The position numbers and the translations under genes were made by a program. A stretch of DNA of 64,000 nucleotides, taken from Candidatus Aldehydirespiratoraceae bacterium (GTDB lineage Bacteria; Actinomycetota; Acidimicrobiia; Acidimicrobiales; Aldehydirespiratoraceae). Positions 15,328-24,724 of the stretch are shown here, in pieces. Numbering within the stretch: the first letter of the stretch is position 1; the number at the start of each line of letters is the position of its first letter. The stretch lies in the NCBI GenBank assembly GCA_965205465.1, contig OZ242187.1, positions 2,006,244-2,070,243 of the forward strand, written 5' to 3'. The notes under the pieces are model-generated. The model was not told where the DNA came from. It saw nothing but the letters and a program-made list of their open reading frames with translations, and searched no databases.

Positions 15328-16251
15328 GTGCCTGTGACCTTGTCGGACCTCGTTAAAGACCCGCCGCTTCTGTTGGCAGTTTGCGAACACTTGGTTCCGT
15401 TCATGAACGGGTCAGCCATGCGTCGATTGACTCTATTACTCGACGAGCTAACCCTTGGTCCTGACGGCGACCAGCTGGACGAGGCTGATCGGCTCTGGCT
15501 GGAGGAGGCTCTGCCGCACGGTGAGCCCAACAGAGACTGGTGGGAAGACGAATTGACCCGGCTCCGCGATTCGGGTGTGGAATTGATCTCCAGAACAGAT
15601 GTCTGCTATCCGGTCAATCTCAAGCTGGTCCACGACGGGCCACCGTTGTTGTTCGTTCAAGGACATCTGGACGCTGAAGATCAGCGCGCGGTGGCGGTCG
15701 TCGGAACCCGTGAGGCATCCATGGCCGGACTCGACCTGGCTCAGAACGTAGCAGAAGGGCTGGTTGCGCGCGGCTACACGGTTGTCTCCGGTTTGGCTAA
15801 GGGAATAGACACTGCTGCCCACGCGGCATCACTAAATGCAGGCGGACGAACTATTGCTGTGTTTGGTACGCCGATCGACAAAATCTATCCCGCCGCGAAC
15901 CGCGCTCTGGCTCGACGGATCACCGCCCAAGGCGCTTGCGTGTCGCAGTTCCTTCCCAGGGTGCGTACAGGGCGTTGGTCGTTCCCGGCACGCAACCTCA
16001 CCGGTTCGGGATTGGCACTCGCCACTGTCGTGGTGGAAGCGTCGGAGAGTTCGGGAGCCCGGCACCAGGCCGAGGCCGCACTCAGGCACGGCAAGCGAGT
16101 CTTTCTCGTTCGATCCCTTGTCACATCTCAGCCGTGGGCCCAGCAGATGCAGTCGGAGTCGCTCAACACCACGGTGGTCGACGACGCCGACCAAATTGTC
16201 GAGGCGCTAGAGATCGATTTGGCAGTCGACGACAGCGCCGTCTTCGTATGA
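15328..16251 (+). CDS. dprA: DprA/Smf-like DNA-processing protein (SLOG/Rossmann fold)
   Basis: 'YP..L....D.PP.LFV.G......AVAVVGTR.AS..G...A..VA..L...GYTVVSGLAKGIDTAAH.A.L..GG.TIAV.G..ID..YP..N..L...I...G...S.F.P......F.ARN...SGL.....VVEA...SG' matches DprA. GTG 15328 follows AAGGA. The track ORF starts at TTG 15265. Confidence 0.8.
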   Translation: MPVTLSDLVKDPPLLLAVCEHLVPFMNGSAMRRLTLLLDELTLGPDGDQLDEADRLWLEEALPHGEPNRDWWEDELTRLRDSGVELISRTDVCYPVNLKLVHDGPPLLFVQGHLDAEDQRAVAVVGTREASMAGLDLAQNVAEGLVARGYTVVSGLAKGIDTAAHAASLNAGGRTIAVFGTPIDKIYPAANRALARRITAQGACVSQFLPRVRTGRWSFPARNLTGSGLALATVVVEASESSGARHQAEAALRHGKRVFLVRSLVTSQPWAQQMQSESLNTTVVDDADQIVEALEIDLAVDDSAVFV

Positions 16252-16961
16252 CCAAGCTGGATCCTAAGCACCACCTCGAGCGCTTGAAACCGGGACTGGT
16301 GCCAATTGCCGCAGCCCAACACCTCGTGTGCAGTACGTGTCGCAGCGGTGCAAATCCTGGGTTTGAACGCTGCTACCGATGTAAGCACGAAGGCATCGTG
16401 AAGGTGCTCCCAATATCGATGTCAACACAAGGTGAAGCTCTCCACCATCGCCTGCGGAACTACAAAGACGGGGACACGCAACAGAAGAAGGACTACACAC
16501 TGCAGCTCCCGGCGTTGCTTCATCTCTTCCTGAAAAACCACCGCAAGTGCATCGGTGGACGGTACGACGCAGTTGTTACGGTCCCGTCAAGTAGGCGTGA
16601 TGCCGTCATGGGCATTGTTAACAGACTCCCCAAGCTTCGTGACCGCCACGTAGCGCTCACGCGTACCGGTACAGGTGCTCCACCGACATACAAGGCGCCC
16701 GCCAAGCTGAAGGCGAAGCGCGTTCTGCTCCTGGACGATACGTTCACTAGAGGTAGAAGCATCACCGCAGCGCACGCCGCGCTCACGAAAGTCGAAGCGG
16801 ATGTTCTTGTTCCAGTTGTGATTGGCCGCCACTTTCGCCCAGAGTTCTCGACTAGTCCCCCTTTGGCGGCTTGCCTCAAGAGACACACGTGGGAGCTTGA
16901 CCGTTGCGGTATTTGTGGTCCGGTAAATTGCGGCCACGGCCCGGAGCCACCGCTGTTTTAG
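16248..16961 (+). CDS. ComF/ComFC-like phosphoribosyltransferase-family protein with an N-terminal 4-Cys zinc finger
   Basis: Its ATG at 16248 overlaps the dprA TGA (ATGA). 'CSTCRSGANPGFERCYRCKH' fits C-x2-C...C-x2-C. The PRPP loop is 'VLLLDDTFTRGRSI'. Confidence 0.75.
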   Translation: MTKLDPKHHLERLKPGLVPIAAAQHLVCSTCRSGANPGFERCYRCKHEGIVKVLPISMSTQGEALHHRLRNYKDGDTQQKKDYTLQLPALLHLFLKNHRKCIGGRYDAVVTVPSSRRDAVMGIVNRLPKLRDRHVALTRTGTGAPPTYKAPAKLKAKRVLLLDDTFTRGRSITAAHAALTKVEADVLVPVVIGRHFRPEFSTSPPLAACLKRHTWELDRCGICGPVNCGHGPEPPLF

Positions 16962-16985
16962 GATCTCAGCGGCTGCACTGGCATG

Positions 16986-17261
16986 TCAGAGCTTTCCGTC
17001 ACCCTCGGAAGCGTCTGGTGCGACACCGTCTTCGAGTTCGCCCCAGGTCTGCAGCGCTTCTGTGTTCGGCGGCGACCACCTCGCATCACGCATTGAGGCC
17101 ACTCCCTTCGTCTCGTCGATCATCCGCTCGGGAGTTCTCACCGGCCTCTGCGGTTCGACCCGACAATCCATGTATGAACCCCTTGCGAGAATCGGCCACC
17201 CAAACCAAGCCACCAGCACCGAACCGAGACGGGCCACCCCAACCAACACCACCAACGGCAT
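16986..17261 (-). CDS. hypothetical small protein (91 aa) with an N-terminal hydrophobic segment
   Basis: The internal ATG at 17261 of ORF 16986..17429 is preceded by AAGGAGGAGG. No motif recognised. Confidence 0.35.
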   Translation of the reverse strand: MPLVVLVGVARLGSVLVAWFGWPILARGSYMDCRVEPQRPVRTPERMIDETKGVASMRDARWSPPNTEALQTWGELEDGVAPDASEGDGKL

Positions 17262-17566
17262 CCTCCTCCTTGCCAACGCTGGACTCCCCCGTTGACTGTC
17301 AATCAGGACGCAGTTCCGCGGGCCGCGAACCTCGAGGCTGCATCCAAAGGCCCATGACGCAGGGTTCACCGGAGCCTTGTCGCCGTCCAACCCGACGACT
17401 GCGCCGTGCCGCTGCTTGAAGCCCTCCAAGCCCTGGACTGCGGGACCGGCCGGTCGAAGTGGTAACCGTGTGGTTTGTGGGACTCACCGAACACGGCGGT
17501 TTAGTAGGGTTTACTGCTGTGTTATGATGTTTCTTGCTATACAGTGTCACACCCTGTTGTTAGGTT

Positions 17567-18730
17567 GTGGTCATGTTCGATTCGATGATCCAGCAGACCC
17601 GGCAGGTGGTGACTTCTGGGCTATGCCGTGGCGAGTTGGAGGGTCTGGTTGCGGGTGCTGGGCGGGTTGTGGCCGCGTTGAATGCGTTGCAGACGCGGTG
17701 CGCGACTGAGATCGAAGCGCTCAATGACGGCGGGGTGAATTCCAAGACGGTGTTGCGTGAGGCTGGGCGCATGTCGACACGTAGTGCCAACACGGTCGCC
17801 AAAACCGCCGCCGGTTTGGCTGAGATGCCCAAACTCGCTGAATCGTTGGCTGATGGTGCGATTACTGTCGAGCACGCTGCGGTAGCGGTCGCCGTCGCTG
17901 CGAAGACTTCGACTGAACAAGTCGACAACGAATTGTCAAAGCTCGCGGAGACATCGTCTGTTGATGTGTTTACTGAACAGTCACGGCGTTGGGTGAACCG
18001 CAACCAACCCGATGACGGCGCTGAGCTGTATCAACAGCAACGTCACAGACGGTTGTTCAAGCATTGGGTGAACGAAGCTGGTATGGGTGTGCTGTTAGCA
18101 GAACTCGACCCGACCAGCTATCAACAAGCGGTCAAAGCAATCAATGTTGAATACGACCGCATGTGGAGAGACGACGGTGGCCGCGACGGCACCCCTGATG
18201 ATGTGCGCACAACACCACAACGCTTGGCAGACGCATTTGTTGCGTTGATCAGCGATCCAGGCCGTCGCGGGCCGGGCAGCACAAGGATGCAACTCATCGC
18301 TGTGGCTGACATTGAACGCCTACGCGGCGACAACCCTACTGGGGTCGCTGAGATCGTCGGGGGTGAAGCCCTACCACAGACAGTGCTCGAACGCTTGATG
18401 TGTATAGCCACTGTTACCGGAGTTGTCTTTGACGGCAAAGGACAGCCCATCTGGGTGGGACGCGATCGTAGATTCCCCACCGAAGCCCAAATCAAAGCCA
18501 TCATCGCCCGCGACCGCCACTGCAGAGGCACAGGCTGCACCGCTGGTCCTGAACGCTGCGAGATCCATCACATCGTGCCCTGGGAAGAAGGCGGGCTCAC
18601 CGACATCGACAAAATGTGTCTCGCCTGCCCACACTGCCACCACAACATCCACGACCGCGGCTACATCGTCATCAAAACCAACACCGGCTACAAAATCATC
18701 AACCCCAACAACCCACCAGACGGCCCATGA
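17567..18730 (+). CDS. DUF222-type HNH endonuclease (REP13E12-like family)
   Basis: The long helical N-terminal region and C-terminal 'RHCRGTGCT....CEIHHIVPWEEGG.TD.DKMCLACPHCHHNIH' fit the typical actinobacterial DUF222/HNH architecture. Confidence 0.85.
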   Translation: MVMFDSMIQQTRQVVTSGLCRGELEGLVAGAGRVVAALNALQTRCATEIEALNDGGVNSKTVLREAGRMSTRSANTVAKTAAGLAEMPKLAESLADGAITVEHAAVAVAVAAKTSTEQVDNELSKLAETSSVDVFTEQSRRWVNRNQPDDGAELYQQQRHRRLFKHWVNEAGMGVLLAELDPTSYQQAVKAINVEYDRMWRDDGGRDGTPDDVRTTPQRLADAFVALISDPGRRGPGSTRMQLIAVADIERLRGDNPTGVAEIVGGEALPQTVLERLMCIATVTGVVFDGKGQPIWVGRDRRFPTEAQIKAIIARDRHCRGTGCTAGPERCEIHHIVPWEEGGLTDIDKMCLACPHCHHNIHDRGYIVIKTNTGYKIINPNNPPDGP

Positions 18731-18815
18731 ACACAACAGTTCACGGGACCTGCGGGCCGTGCCCAATTCGCTCGTACGACCGAGCCGGAGCACGACGGTC
18801 GTAGCGTCGGAACCC

Positions 18816-18925
18816 GGGCACAGCAACTCGGGCACAGGAACTCGGGCACAGCAACTCGGGCACAGCAACTCGGGCACAGCAACTCGAGCACAGCAACTCG
18901 GGCACAGCAACTCGGGCACAGGAAC
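18816..18925. repeat. about 8 x 14-bp tandem repeat GGGCACAGCAACTC
   Basis: Read directly, with variants GGGCACAGGAACTC and GAGCACAGCAACTC. Intergenic, downstream of the HNH gene. Confidence 0.9.
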
Positions 18926-19069
18926 GTGTGATATGGCTGTTACCGGAGATGGGCCCGCAGGCAGCCGCGGCGACACAGCCGGCAAAAGGAGAGGGCCAAT
19001 CTACCGATGTCGGAGTTCGGGCTTGAAGAGTCCTGACGCCACGTTGGACGCGGACGACAAACCGAGACG

Positions 19070-19435
19070 CTAGAGGGGCTCCATGAACTCGAGGCGGTTG
19101 CCGAGGGGGTCGAAGACGTGGGCTCGGCGGTAACCGTCGATCTCGTTGATGTCGGTGGTCTCTAGGTTCTGGGTTCGGCAGAGATCGACCAGGTCGACAA
19201 CATTGTCGACAACAAACCCGACGTGGGCCTTGCGGGCAGGGCGAAACTCTTGCTCCACGCCCAGGTGAAGCTTGATGCTGGGACCCTCGAACCAAGCCCC
19301 ACCACGCTTGGCCAACTCCGGCGGTTTCGACACCTCGGTCAGACCGAGAACACCTGCATAGAACTCTATGACCAGATCTTCGGCACCGGGAGGCATCGCA
19401 AGTTGAACATGATCAATTGAGCTGACTCTGGCCAC
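19070..19435 (-). CDS. VOC-family (glyoxalase/bleomycin-resistance/dioxygenase fold) protein
   Basis: 'IDHVQLAMP.G.ED....FY..VLGL.EV.KP.....RGG.WF......LHLGVE..F.PA.KAH..F.V.....L' is VOC-like. GTG 19435 lies 10 nt after the upstream stop. Confidence 0.7.
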   Translation of the reverse strand: MARVSSIDHVQLAMPPGAEDLVIEFYAGVLGLTEVSKPPELAKRGGAWFEGPSIKLHLGVEQEFRPARKAHVGFVVDNVVDLVDLCRTQNLETTDINEIDGYRRAHVFDPLGNRLEFMEPL

Positions 19436-19445
19436 TGCTACCTGC

Positions 19446-20231
19446 CTATTGCGTGTAGGCGAGGTTGCGGGCTGCGGTCTCGCCCCAGTGAGCATCACCG
19501 GACCACGAAATCTTGTTGGCATCGATCTGGGACTGAGGGTCAATCCGGCCGCCGGCGAGCATCACAAAAGTTGCCACATCGGCAAACACCTCAACGTCAG
19601 GGTCATCAAGTTCAAAGACCCGGCCCGCGCGGCCATCCACACGCACCAAGATGTCTCGGTCAACCGCACCACGGATCCGAAAAGCGATACTCATCGGGTC
19701 GGGCAAACCGATCTTCTTGCCAACGATGTAGCCGATCGAGTCGTCAATCTCTTGTAGGGCTGTTTCGGCGGTGAAGCCCGAGTCGTCAAGAGTCTCACCG
19801 AGCGGGATTGCGATGTCGCGGGCATGCACCCACATATCGAATAGTCGTACCTGCAAGAAACGGCCGTAACTGGACATCCCAGCCGGGGTAAACGACGGGC
19901 GATCAAGTACCTCCGGACCCATAGCACGCAGATCATCAAGACGAGTTGCGGTCGTTTCGGCGACAATCTGCGCGAACTCAGACCGGCTTGCATCTCGGGT
20001 ACGGGCATCAAAGTCGCTAAACCGCTCAAAAGGCGGCGGGGCCGTATCCGACGGCTCCCAACCGGTCATCCAATACTCGGCACCAACGGCGTGGTTGATG
20101 ACTCCCCTCACATCCCAATCCGGGCACAGCGACTGCACCGCCATCTGCTCATCGCTCAAACGGCCGACAAGATCGTTGTAGTGCGCGAACAGGTCTTGAT
20201 GGGCAGCAAAATAGTCGTCAAAGGAACTCAT
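19446..20231 (-). CDS. maleylpyruvate-isomerase-family mycothiol-dependent enzyme (DinB/MDMPI_N, TIGR03083-like)
   Basis: N-terminal 'F......L......L...LSDEQ....SLCP.WDVRGVINH' is typical of this family. The start is taken at 'MSSFDDYF' (20231). Confidence 0.7.
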   Translation of the reverse strand: MSSFDDYFAAHQDLFAHYNDLVGRLSDEQMAVQSLCPDWDVRGVINHAVGAEYWMTGWEPSDTAPPPFERFSDFDARTRDASRSEFAQIVAETTATRLDDLRAMGPEVLDRPSFTPAGMSSYGRFLQVRLFDMWVHARDIAIPLGETLDDSGFTAETALQEIDDSIGYIVGKKIGLPDPMSIAFRIRGAVDRDILVRVDGRAGRVFELDDPDVEVFADVATFVMLAGGRIDPQSQIDANKISWSGDAHWGETAARNLAYTQ

Positions 20232-20290
20232 GGCACCGCAGAGTACCAGCGGCTTGCCAGCAAGAGAATATGTCAGGCAAACTGACACTT

Positions 20291-21496
20291 ATGAGCGATA
20301 GCGAAGTCAACGCAATCAACGAAGCACTCGACGCCCTGCTAGCCGAGCACGACCCAACGCAAGAGTCGTATCAAGAGTTTCGCGGGCATCAATTCGACGC
20401 TGGACTGGCCTGGGTCCAATTCCCGGTTGGCCACGGCGGTATAGGAGCGCGGCCCCAACTGCAACGCAACGTCAACCGGCGACTAACCGAAGCCGGCACT
20501 CCGTCCATGGACACCAGTCAGTTCTTCATGGCGCTATCGGGACCCACGATCCTCGCCCACGGCACCGAAGAACAAAAACGCCGCTTACTCCGCCCCATGT
20601 TCACCGGCGAAGAGAAATGGTGTCAGCTCTTCTCAGAACCAGGCGCCGGATCAGACTTCGCGGGTCTCGCCACCAAAGCAGAACTCGACGGCGACGAATG
20701 GTTAGTCAACGGCCAAAAAGTCTGGAACACCATCGCTCACATCGCCGACAAGGGAATGCTCGTCACCCGCACCGATCCACAACTGCCCAAACACAAAGGG
20801 ATGACCTACTTCGCGCTCGACATGCACGCCGAAGGAGTCGAAGTGCGGCCGCTCCGCCAAATCACCGGTGAAGCCGAGTTCAACGAGGTCTACATGACCG
20901 ATGTCCGCGTGCCAGACGCCGACCGCATCGGACAACGAGGCGAAGGTTGGCGAGTATCGATCACCACACTGATGAACGAACGAGCCGTCATCGGCGGATC
21001 AGGGGGCGGAGGCATCCCACCCCGAGGCAGCGGTGCCATCTCCGAACTCGTGAAAGTCTGGAACTCACTACCTGACTACGAGCGCACCGCCTCGCGGCGT
21101 GACAGCTTGATGAAACTCTGGAACCGGGCCGAAGTGCTGCGGCTCACCAACATGCGTGCAGTGCAAAACGCCAAGCGAGGTCAACCAGGCCCTGAAGGCT
21201 CCGTAGCCAAGCTGGCAGGGGCGGAACTCAACAAAGAGATTTACAGCGAAGGCATCAACCTCGCTGGCATGGCCTCCCAAATTGACCTTGACTACACCTT
21301 CCGTCGACCCACCACAGTCGTGCTGCCAGGTGAAGGCGGCGGCCTCGGCTACCTCTTCTTACGAGCACGGGCCAACTCAATCGAAGGCGGCACATCGGAG
21401 ATACTCCGCAACATCATGGGTGAACAGATGCTCGGACTGCCCGGCGAACCCCGCGTGGACAAAAAGATCCCCTGGGCCGACGTCCCCAAGAACTGA
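20291..21496 (+). CDS. acyl-CoA dehydrogenase
   Basis: 'FSEPGAGSDFAGLATKAELDGDEWLVNGQKVWNT' and the C-terminal 'IEGGTSEILRNIMGE' are ACAD signatures. Confidence 0.9.
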   Translation: MSDSEVNAINEALDALLAEHDPTQESYQEFRGHQFDAGLAWVQFPVGHGGIGARPQLQRNVNRRLTEAGTPSMDTSQFFMALSGPTILAHGTEEQKRRLLRPMFTGEEKWCQLFSEPGAGSDFAGLATKAELDGDEWLVNGQKVWNTIAHIADKGMLVTRTDPQLPKHKGMTYFALDMHAEGVEVRPLRQITGEAEFNEVYMTDVRVPDADRIGQRGEGWRVSITTLMNERAVIGGSGGGGIPPRGSGAISELVKVWNSLPDYERTASRRDSLMKLWNRAEVLRLTNMRAVQNAKRGQPGPEGSVAKLAGAELNKEIYSEGINLAGMASQIDLDYTFRRPTTVVLPGEGGGLGYLFLRARANSIEGGTSEILRNIMGEQMLGLPGEPRVDKKIPWADVPKN

Positions 21497-21556
21497 ACCC
21501 GGCCGAACCCGAATTGACTGGGATGAACCGGGGGCTGCTTTGAGTCTGCGTTGAAC

Positions 21557-22228
21557 TCAACTGTTACCGAGAAGGTCGACCACCGACCGGTGTAGCTGCT
21601 GCTTGATCCTCTGGAGGTTGGCACCCGCGGTAGCGCTGTGAGCACGGCCATACTCTGAAGCCGCAATCATCAGGCGATCAAGGCTCACCGCCTCATTCAC
21701 GAACCCCGCAGAAACCGCATCAGGCCCGCTGTACCGGCGACCAGTCGCCAATGCCTCTCGGGCGGTGGAGTTAGTCATTAAGTTGCGGATCATCGCCATC
21801 AAACCAGGAGAGAAAGTCATCTGCAGGTGCACCTCGGGCCAACAGACAAACCCCCGATCAGCGCGCATCACCGCATGGTCGTGTGCCAGGATCGCGAAAG
21901 CACCCGCGCCGAAAGCGTGTCCGTTGACAGCAGCAACCGTCGGTGCCGGAAAAGTCAGAATACGACCGAGCACCTTCTCCACCGTGTTCACGTAAGCCTT
22001 GATCTCCGGGCGTGACAGCGTCGCTATGTGATCGACGTCGAGTCCGTTGGAATAGTGCTTCGCCGAACCGGTCGTGATCAACGCGGCCGGGCCGCTGAGG
22101 GCCTGCGCCTCCGCCTCGTCGAGCAACTCGTTCATGGTTTCGACCCAAGCAACATCGGTGCGGTTGTCATCGTCGCCAAAATCGATTATCAGCAACTCGC
22201 CGTCTCGGCTCAAACTCGGTATCCCCAC
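21557..22228 (-). CDS. enoyl-CoA hydratase/isomerase (crotonase) family protein
   Basis: 'AAVNGHAFGAGAFAILAHDHAVM...GF.C.PEV.L' is an oxyanion-hole/crotonase-fold pattern. Confidence 0.8.
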   Translation of the reverse strand: MGIPSLSRDGELLIIDFGDDDNRTDVAWVETMNELLDEAEAQALSGPAALITTGSAKHYSNGLDVDHIATLSRPEIKAYVNTVEKVLGRILTFPAPTVAAVNGHAFGAGAFAILAHDHAVMRADRGFVCWPEVHLQMTFSPGLMAMIRNLMTNSTAREALATGRRYSGPDAVSAGFVNEAVSLDRLMIAASEYGRAHSATAGANLQRIKQQLHRSVVDLLGNS

Positions 22229-22740
22229 GGTTTCTCTCCAATCCCAGACAGCGATGCAGACTTCGCTCCAGATCGAGGCCCAAACTGCGACGGCCTGTCC
22301 AGAAAGCTAGTGCGTCCTGTCGACCCCACACCTAAGCGGCCAAATCGCCAATGACCAGACCCACCACCATGATCGCCCCACAAGGGGATCCGCGGTCTCC
22401 CCAACCCCACACCGGATCGTCCCACACCGTCAGCCAACGACCCAAACCCGATCTTCTCCAGGGACAACCCGCCACGGACGCAGCGGGCTTAATCCAAAAG
22501 CTGAAAGGTGGATATCTGTCAGGCCGCTGCTGCGTTCGCACGGTTCGCAACGACAAGGATCATGCAATGCAATTCCCGGACCTTCGCCGCTGAGCGGTTG
22601 GTTGGGGTCAGATCCTCAAAAAGGACCGAGTCGTCGTGAACAGACGCGCGTCGAGGGCGCTGTCTGCGCTTCGCCAAGATCCAGGGTTCTTGCAGTTAGC
22701 TCACAGGTAACGACTAGCGGCTGGGCTTAGGCTTCGGTCC

Positions 22741-23442
22741 ATGAACTACAACTTCTTCAATAAACGCTCGTTTATGGTCTTGTCGGCTGCGGCCGCGCTC
22801 GCTTTGGCTTCTGTCGCTGGGGCGCTCATCGCGTCGGCTCAGCAACCAGACACCGCCCCGTTGGGAACCGACACTTTCACGGATATTGGCCCGACCATGT
22901 GGGCCAACGAAGCGATCGGATGGGCCGTGTCCGAAGGGATCACGACCGGCACGTCAGCGACAACGTTCAGTCCGTTGGACACCCTCAACCGTGCTCAGAT
23001 GGTGACGTTCTTGTATCGGTACCACCAAAACGTTGTTGAACCCGAGTTGATAGCTCTTCAAACCCAGCAGCGTGGTCACGAACAAGGACATGAACAACTG
23101 GAGGGAGCAACAGAGTCATCATCGCCTGAGCATGTGGTTACGTTCACCGGCACAGGTAAAGGAACCACCGAGTTTGTAACCTTGGCCGCTGGTCGTCACA
23201 GAGTGGTCTTCGAGGTTGACAACAATCACGCCGATTTCTCGCCGAGTCTTAGCCTGAAGGCATTCGGCAGGCACGAAGGCAGGGATTCTCTCGTATTTGA
23301 GTTCGGCGACGAAGCCGCAGGATCAAGCTCATGGGTCGAAACATTGGACATCGGCGGGTTCGGTGTACCAGAAGGCGAAGTGTATTTCGAGGTCGAGGTT
23401 GAGCCTGGCGCAACGTGGACGCTCACCGTCACGCGTCTATAA
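22741..23442 (+). CDS. secreted protein with one SLH domain
   Basis: Signal peptide 'MVLSAAAALALASVAGALIASAQQ'. The SLH unit is 'FTDIGPTMWANEAIGWAVSEGITTGTSATTFSPLDTLNRAQMVTFLYRY'. Confidence 0.75.
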   Translation: MNYNFFNKRSFMVLSAAAALALASVAGALIASAQQPDTAPLGTDTFTDIGPTMWANEAIGWAVSEGITTGTSATTFSPLDTLNRAQMVTFLYRYHQNVVEPELIALQTQQRGHEQGHEQLEGATESSSPEHVVTFTGTGKGTTEFVTLAAGRHRVVFEVDNNHADFSPSLSLKAFGRHEGRDSLVFEFGDEAAGSSSWVETLDIGGFGVPEGEVYFEVEVEPGATWTLTVTRL

Positions 23443-23463
23443 CCGATACCACGACGCACGGTC

Positions 23464-23575
23464 ATGATCGCTCACTACGAGGGTCTCGCACCGTTCGACG
23501 AAACCCACTGGATCGGCTCGACGCCGTCGGCCGGCTGATCGACCGCAAACCAATCTCCTCTCGGGACGACAACAA
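23464..23575 (+). pseudogene. degenerate, frameshifted duplicate of the 5' end of the downstream dehydrogenase gene
   Basis: By-eye identity to 23713-23826 is about 70%. 'IAHYEGLAPFDET' matches 'VTAHFEGLDAFEET'. After a 1-nt indel, 'LDRLDAVGRLIDRKP' matches 'LDRLGTVGRLLDRKP'. Confidence 0.55.
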
Positions 23576-23703
23576 CCGCAACCAAACCTCTAGCGCGAAC
23601 CACCCACCCAGACCACCACACAGTCGGCGGTTCGGGATACGACGGTCGGTCAACAAGCTGGTGCGTCTTGTCGGCGGCACAGCTGAAAAGCCAAGATCAA
23701 CCG

Positions 23704-24711
23704 ATGAGGCGACCCGCGATCGTGACTGCCCACTTCGAGGGCCTTGACGCCTTCGAAGAGACCGCACTGGATCGACTCGGCACGGTCGGGAGGCTGCTCG
23801 ACCGCAAACCGCTCCATTCCTGGGACGAACCACGGGCACAAGAATTACTACCCGAGGCGGAAGTGATCGTCGGACACTGGGGTTGCCCCCTGTTCGGACC
23901 AGAGTTCTTCGAAACCGCTGCGAACCTGCGGCTGTTCGCCTACGCCGCCGGTTCCGTCAAGTGGTACCTGAGCGACGAACTCTGGGAACGAGACATACTC
24001 GTGACCTCCGGTGCCGACGCAAACGCCGAACCAGTCGCCGAATACACGTTGGCCATGATCTTGTTGGCCAACAAAGGAGTCTTCGGGGCCATCGACCGAG
24101 AATCAAATCGCGCCTCCTGGACACCGCCGCCCGAAGCCGCCGCCCACGGTAACTGGGACAAGACGATAGGACTCGTTTCGGCATCGCTGACCGGCCGACG
24201 GGTAGCCCAGCTGCTGCAGGCCTTCGCGCACCTCGAGGTCCAGATCTACGACCCGTTTGTCGACGCCCAAACAATCGAGGCCCTCGGCGCCACGAAACAA
24301 GAAACCCTGGTTGAACTCTGCGCACAAGCCGATGTGCTCGCGATTCACGCACCCGCCCTTCCCGACACCCACAACCTCATCGGCGAAAAAGAACTCGCAG
24401 CGCTGAGCGACGGAGCCACCGTCATCAACACCTCCCGGGGACACTGCTTGGACCTCGATGCGTTGACCAGCGAACTCGAATCGCAACGACTCTTCGGCAT
24501 CATCGACGTCACCGACCCCGTAGAACCGTTACCGTCAGACCACCCGCTTCGGGCTCTTGCCAACGCCGTGCTAACACCCCACATCGCAGGCTCACAGGGC
24601 ACCGAACTCGCCCGCATGAGCGAATGGGTGATCGACGAGGTCGAGCGCTACGCCACAGGTGCGCCCCTGCGCAACCCCGTAACCCGCGAAATGGTCGACC
24701 GGATCGCCTGA
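23704..24711 (+). CDS. D-isomer-specific 2-hydroxyacid dehydrogenase family protein
   Basis: '...IHAPALPDT.NLIG..EL..L.DGA..INTSRG...D.DAL...L......G.IDVTDPEPLP.DHPL......V.LTPHIAGS' matches the family. The ATG is at 23704. Confidence 0.85.
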   Translation: MRRPAIVTAHFEGLDAFEETALDRLGTVGRLLDRKPLHSWDEPRAQELLPEAEVIVGHWGCPLFGPEFFETAANLRLFAYAAGSVKWYLSDELWERDILVTSGADANAEPVAEYTLAMILLANKGVFGAIDRESNRASWTPPPEAAAHGNWDKTIGLVSASLTGRRVAQLLQAFAHLEVQIYDPFVDAQTIEALGATKQETLVELCAQADVLAIHAPALPDTHNLIGEKELAALSDGATVINTSRGHCLDLDALTSELESQRLFGIIDVTDPVEPLPSDHPLRALANAVLTPHIAGSQGTELARMSEWVIDEVERYATGAPLRNPVTREMVDRIA

Positions 24712-24724
24712 CCACATGAGCACC

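Noticed and set aside
16904-17550. Plus-strand ORFs 16904..17419 and 17062..17295, and minus-strand 17299..17550
   Set aside because: Pro/Arg/Ser-rich composition with no RBS. Only the minus-strand frame starting at 17261 has a Shine-Dalgarno sequence, and even that call is low confidence.
18371-19295. ORFs 18371..18985, 18423..19073 and 18741..19295 spanning the HNH 3' end and the 14-bp array
   Set aside because: They overlap the well-supported HNH and VOC genes or consist of repeat translation ('ELLCPSCCARV' reiterated). They are not credible genes.
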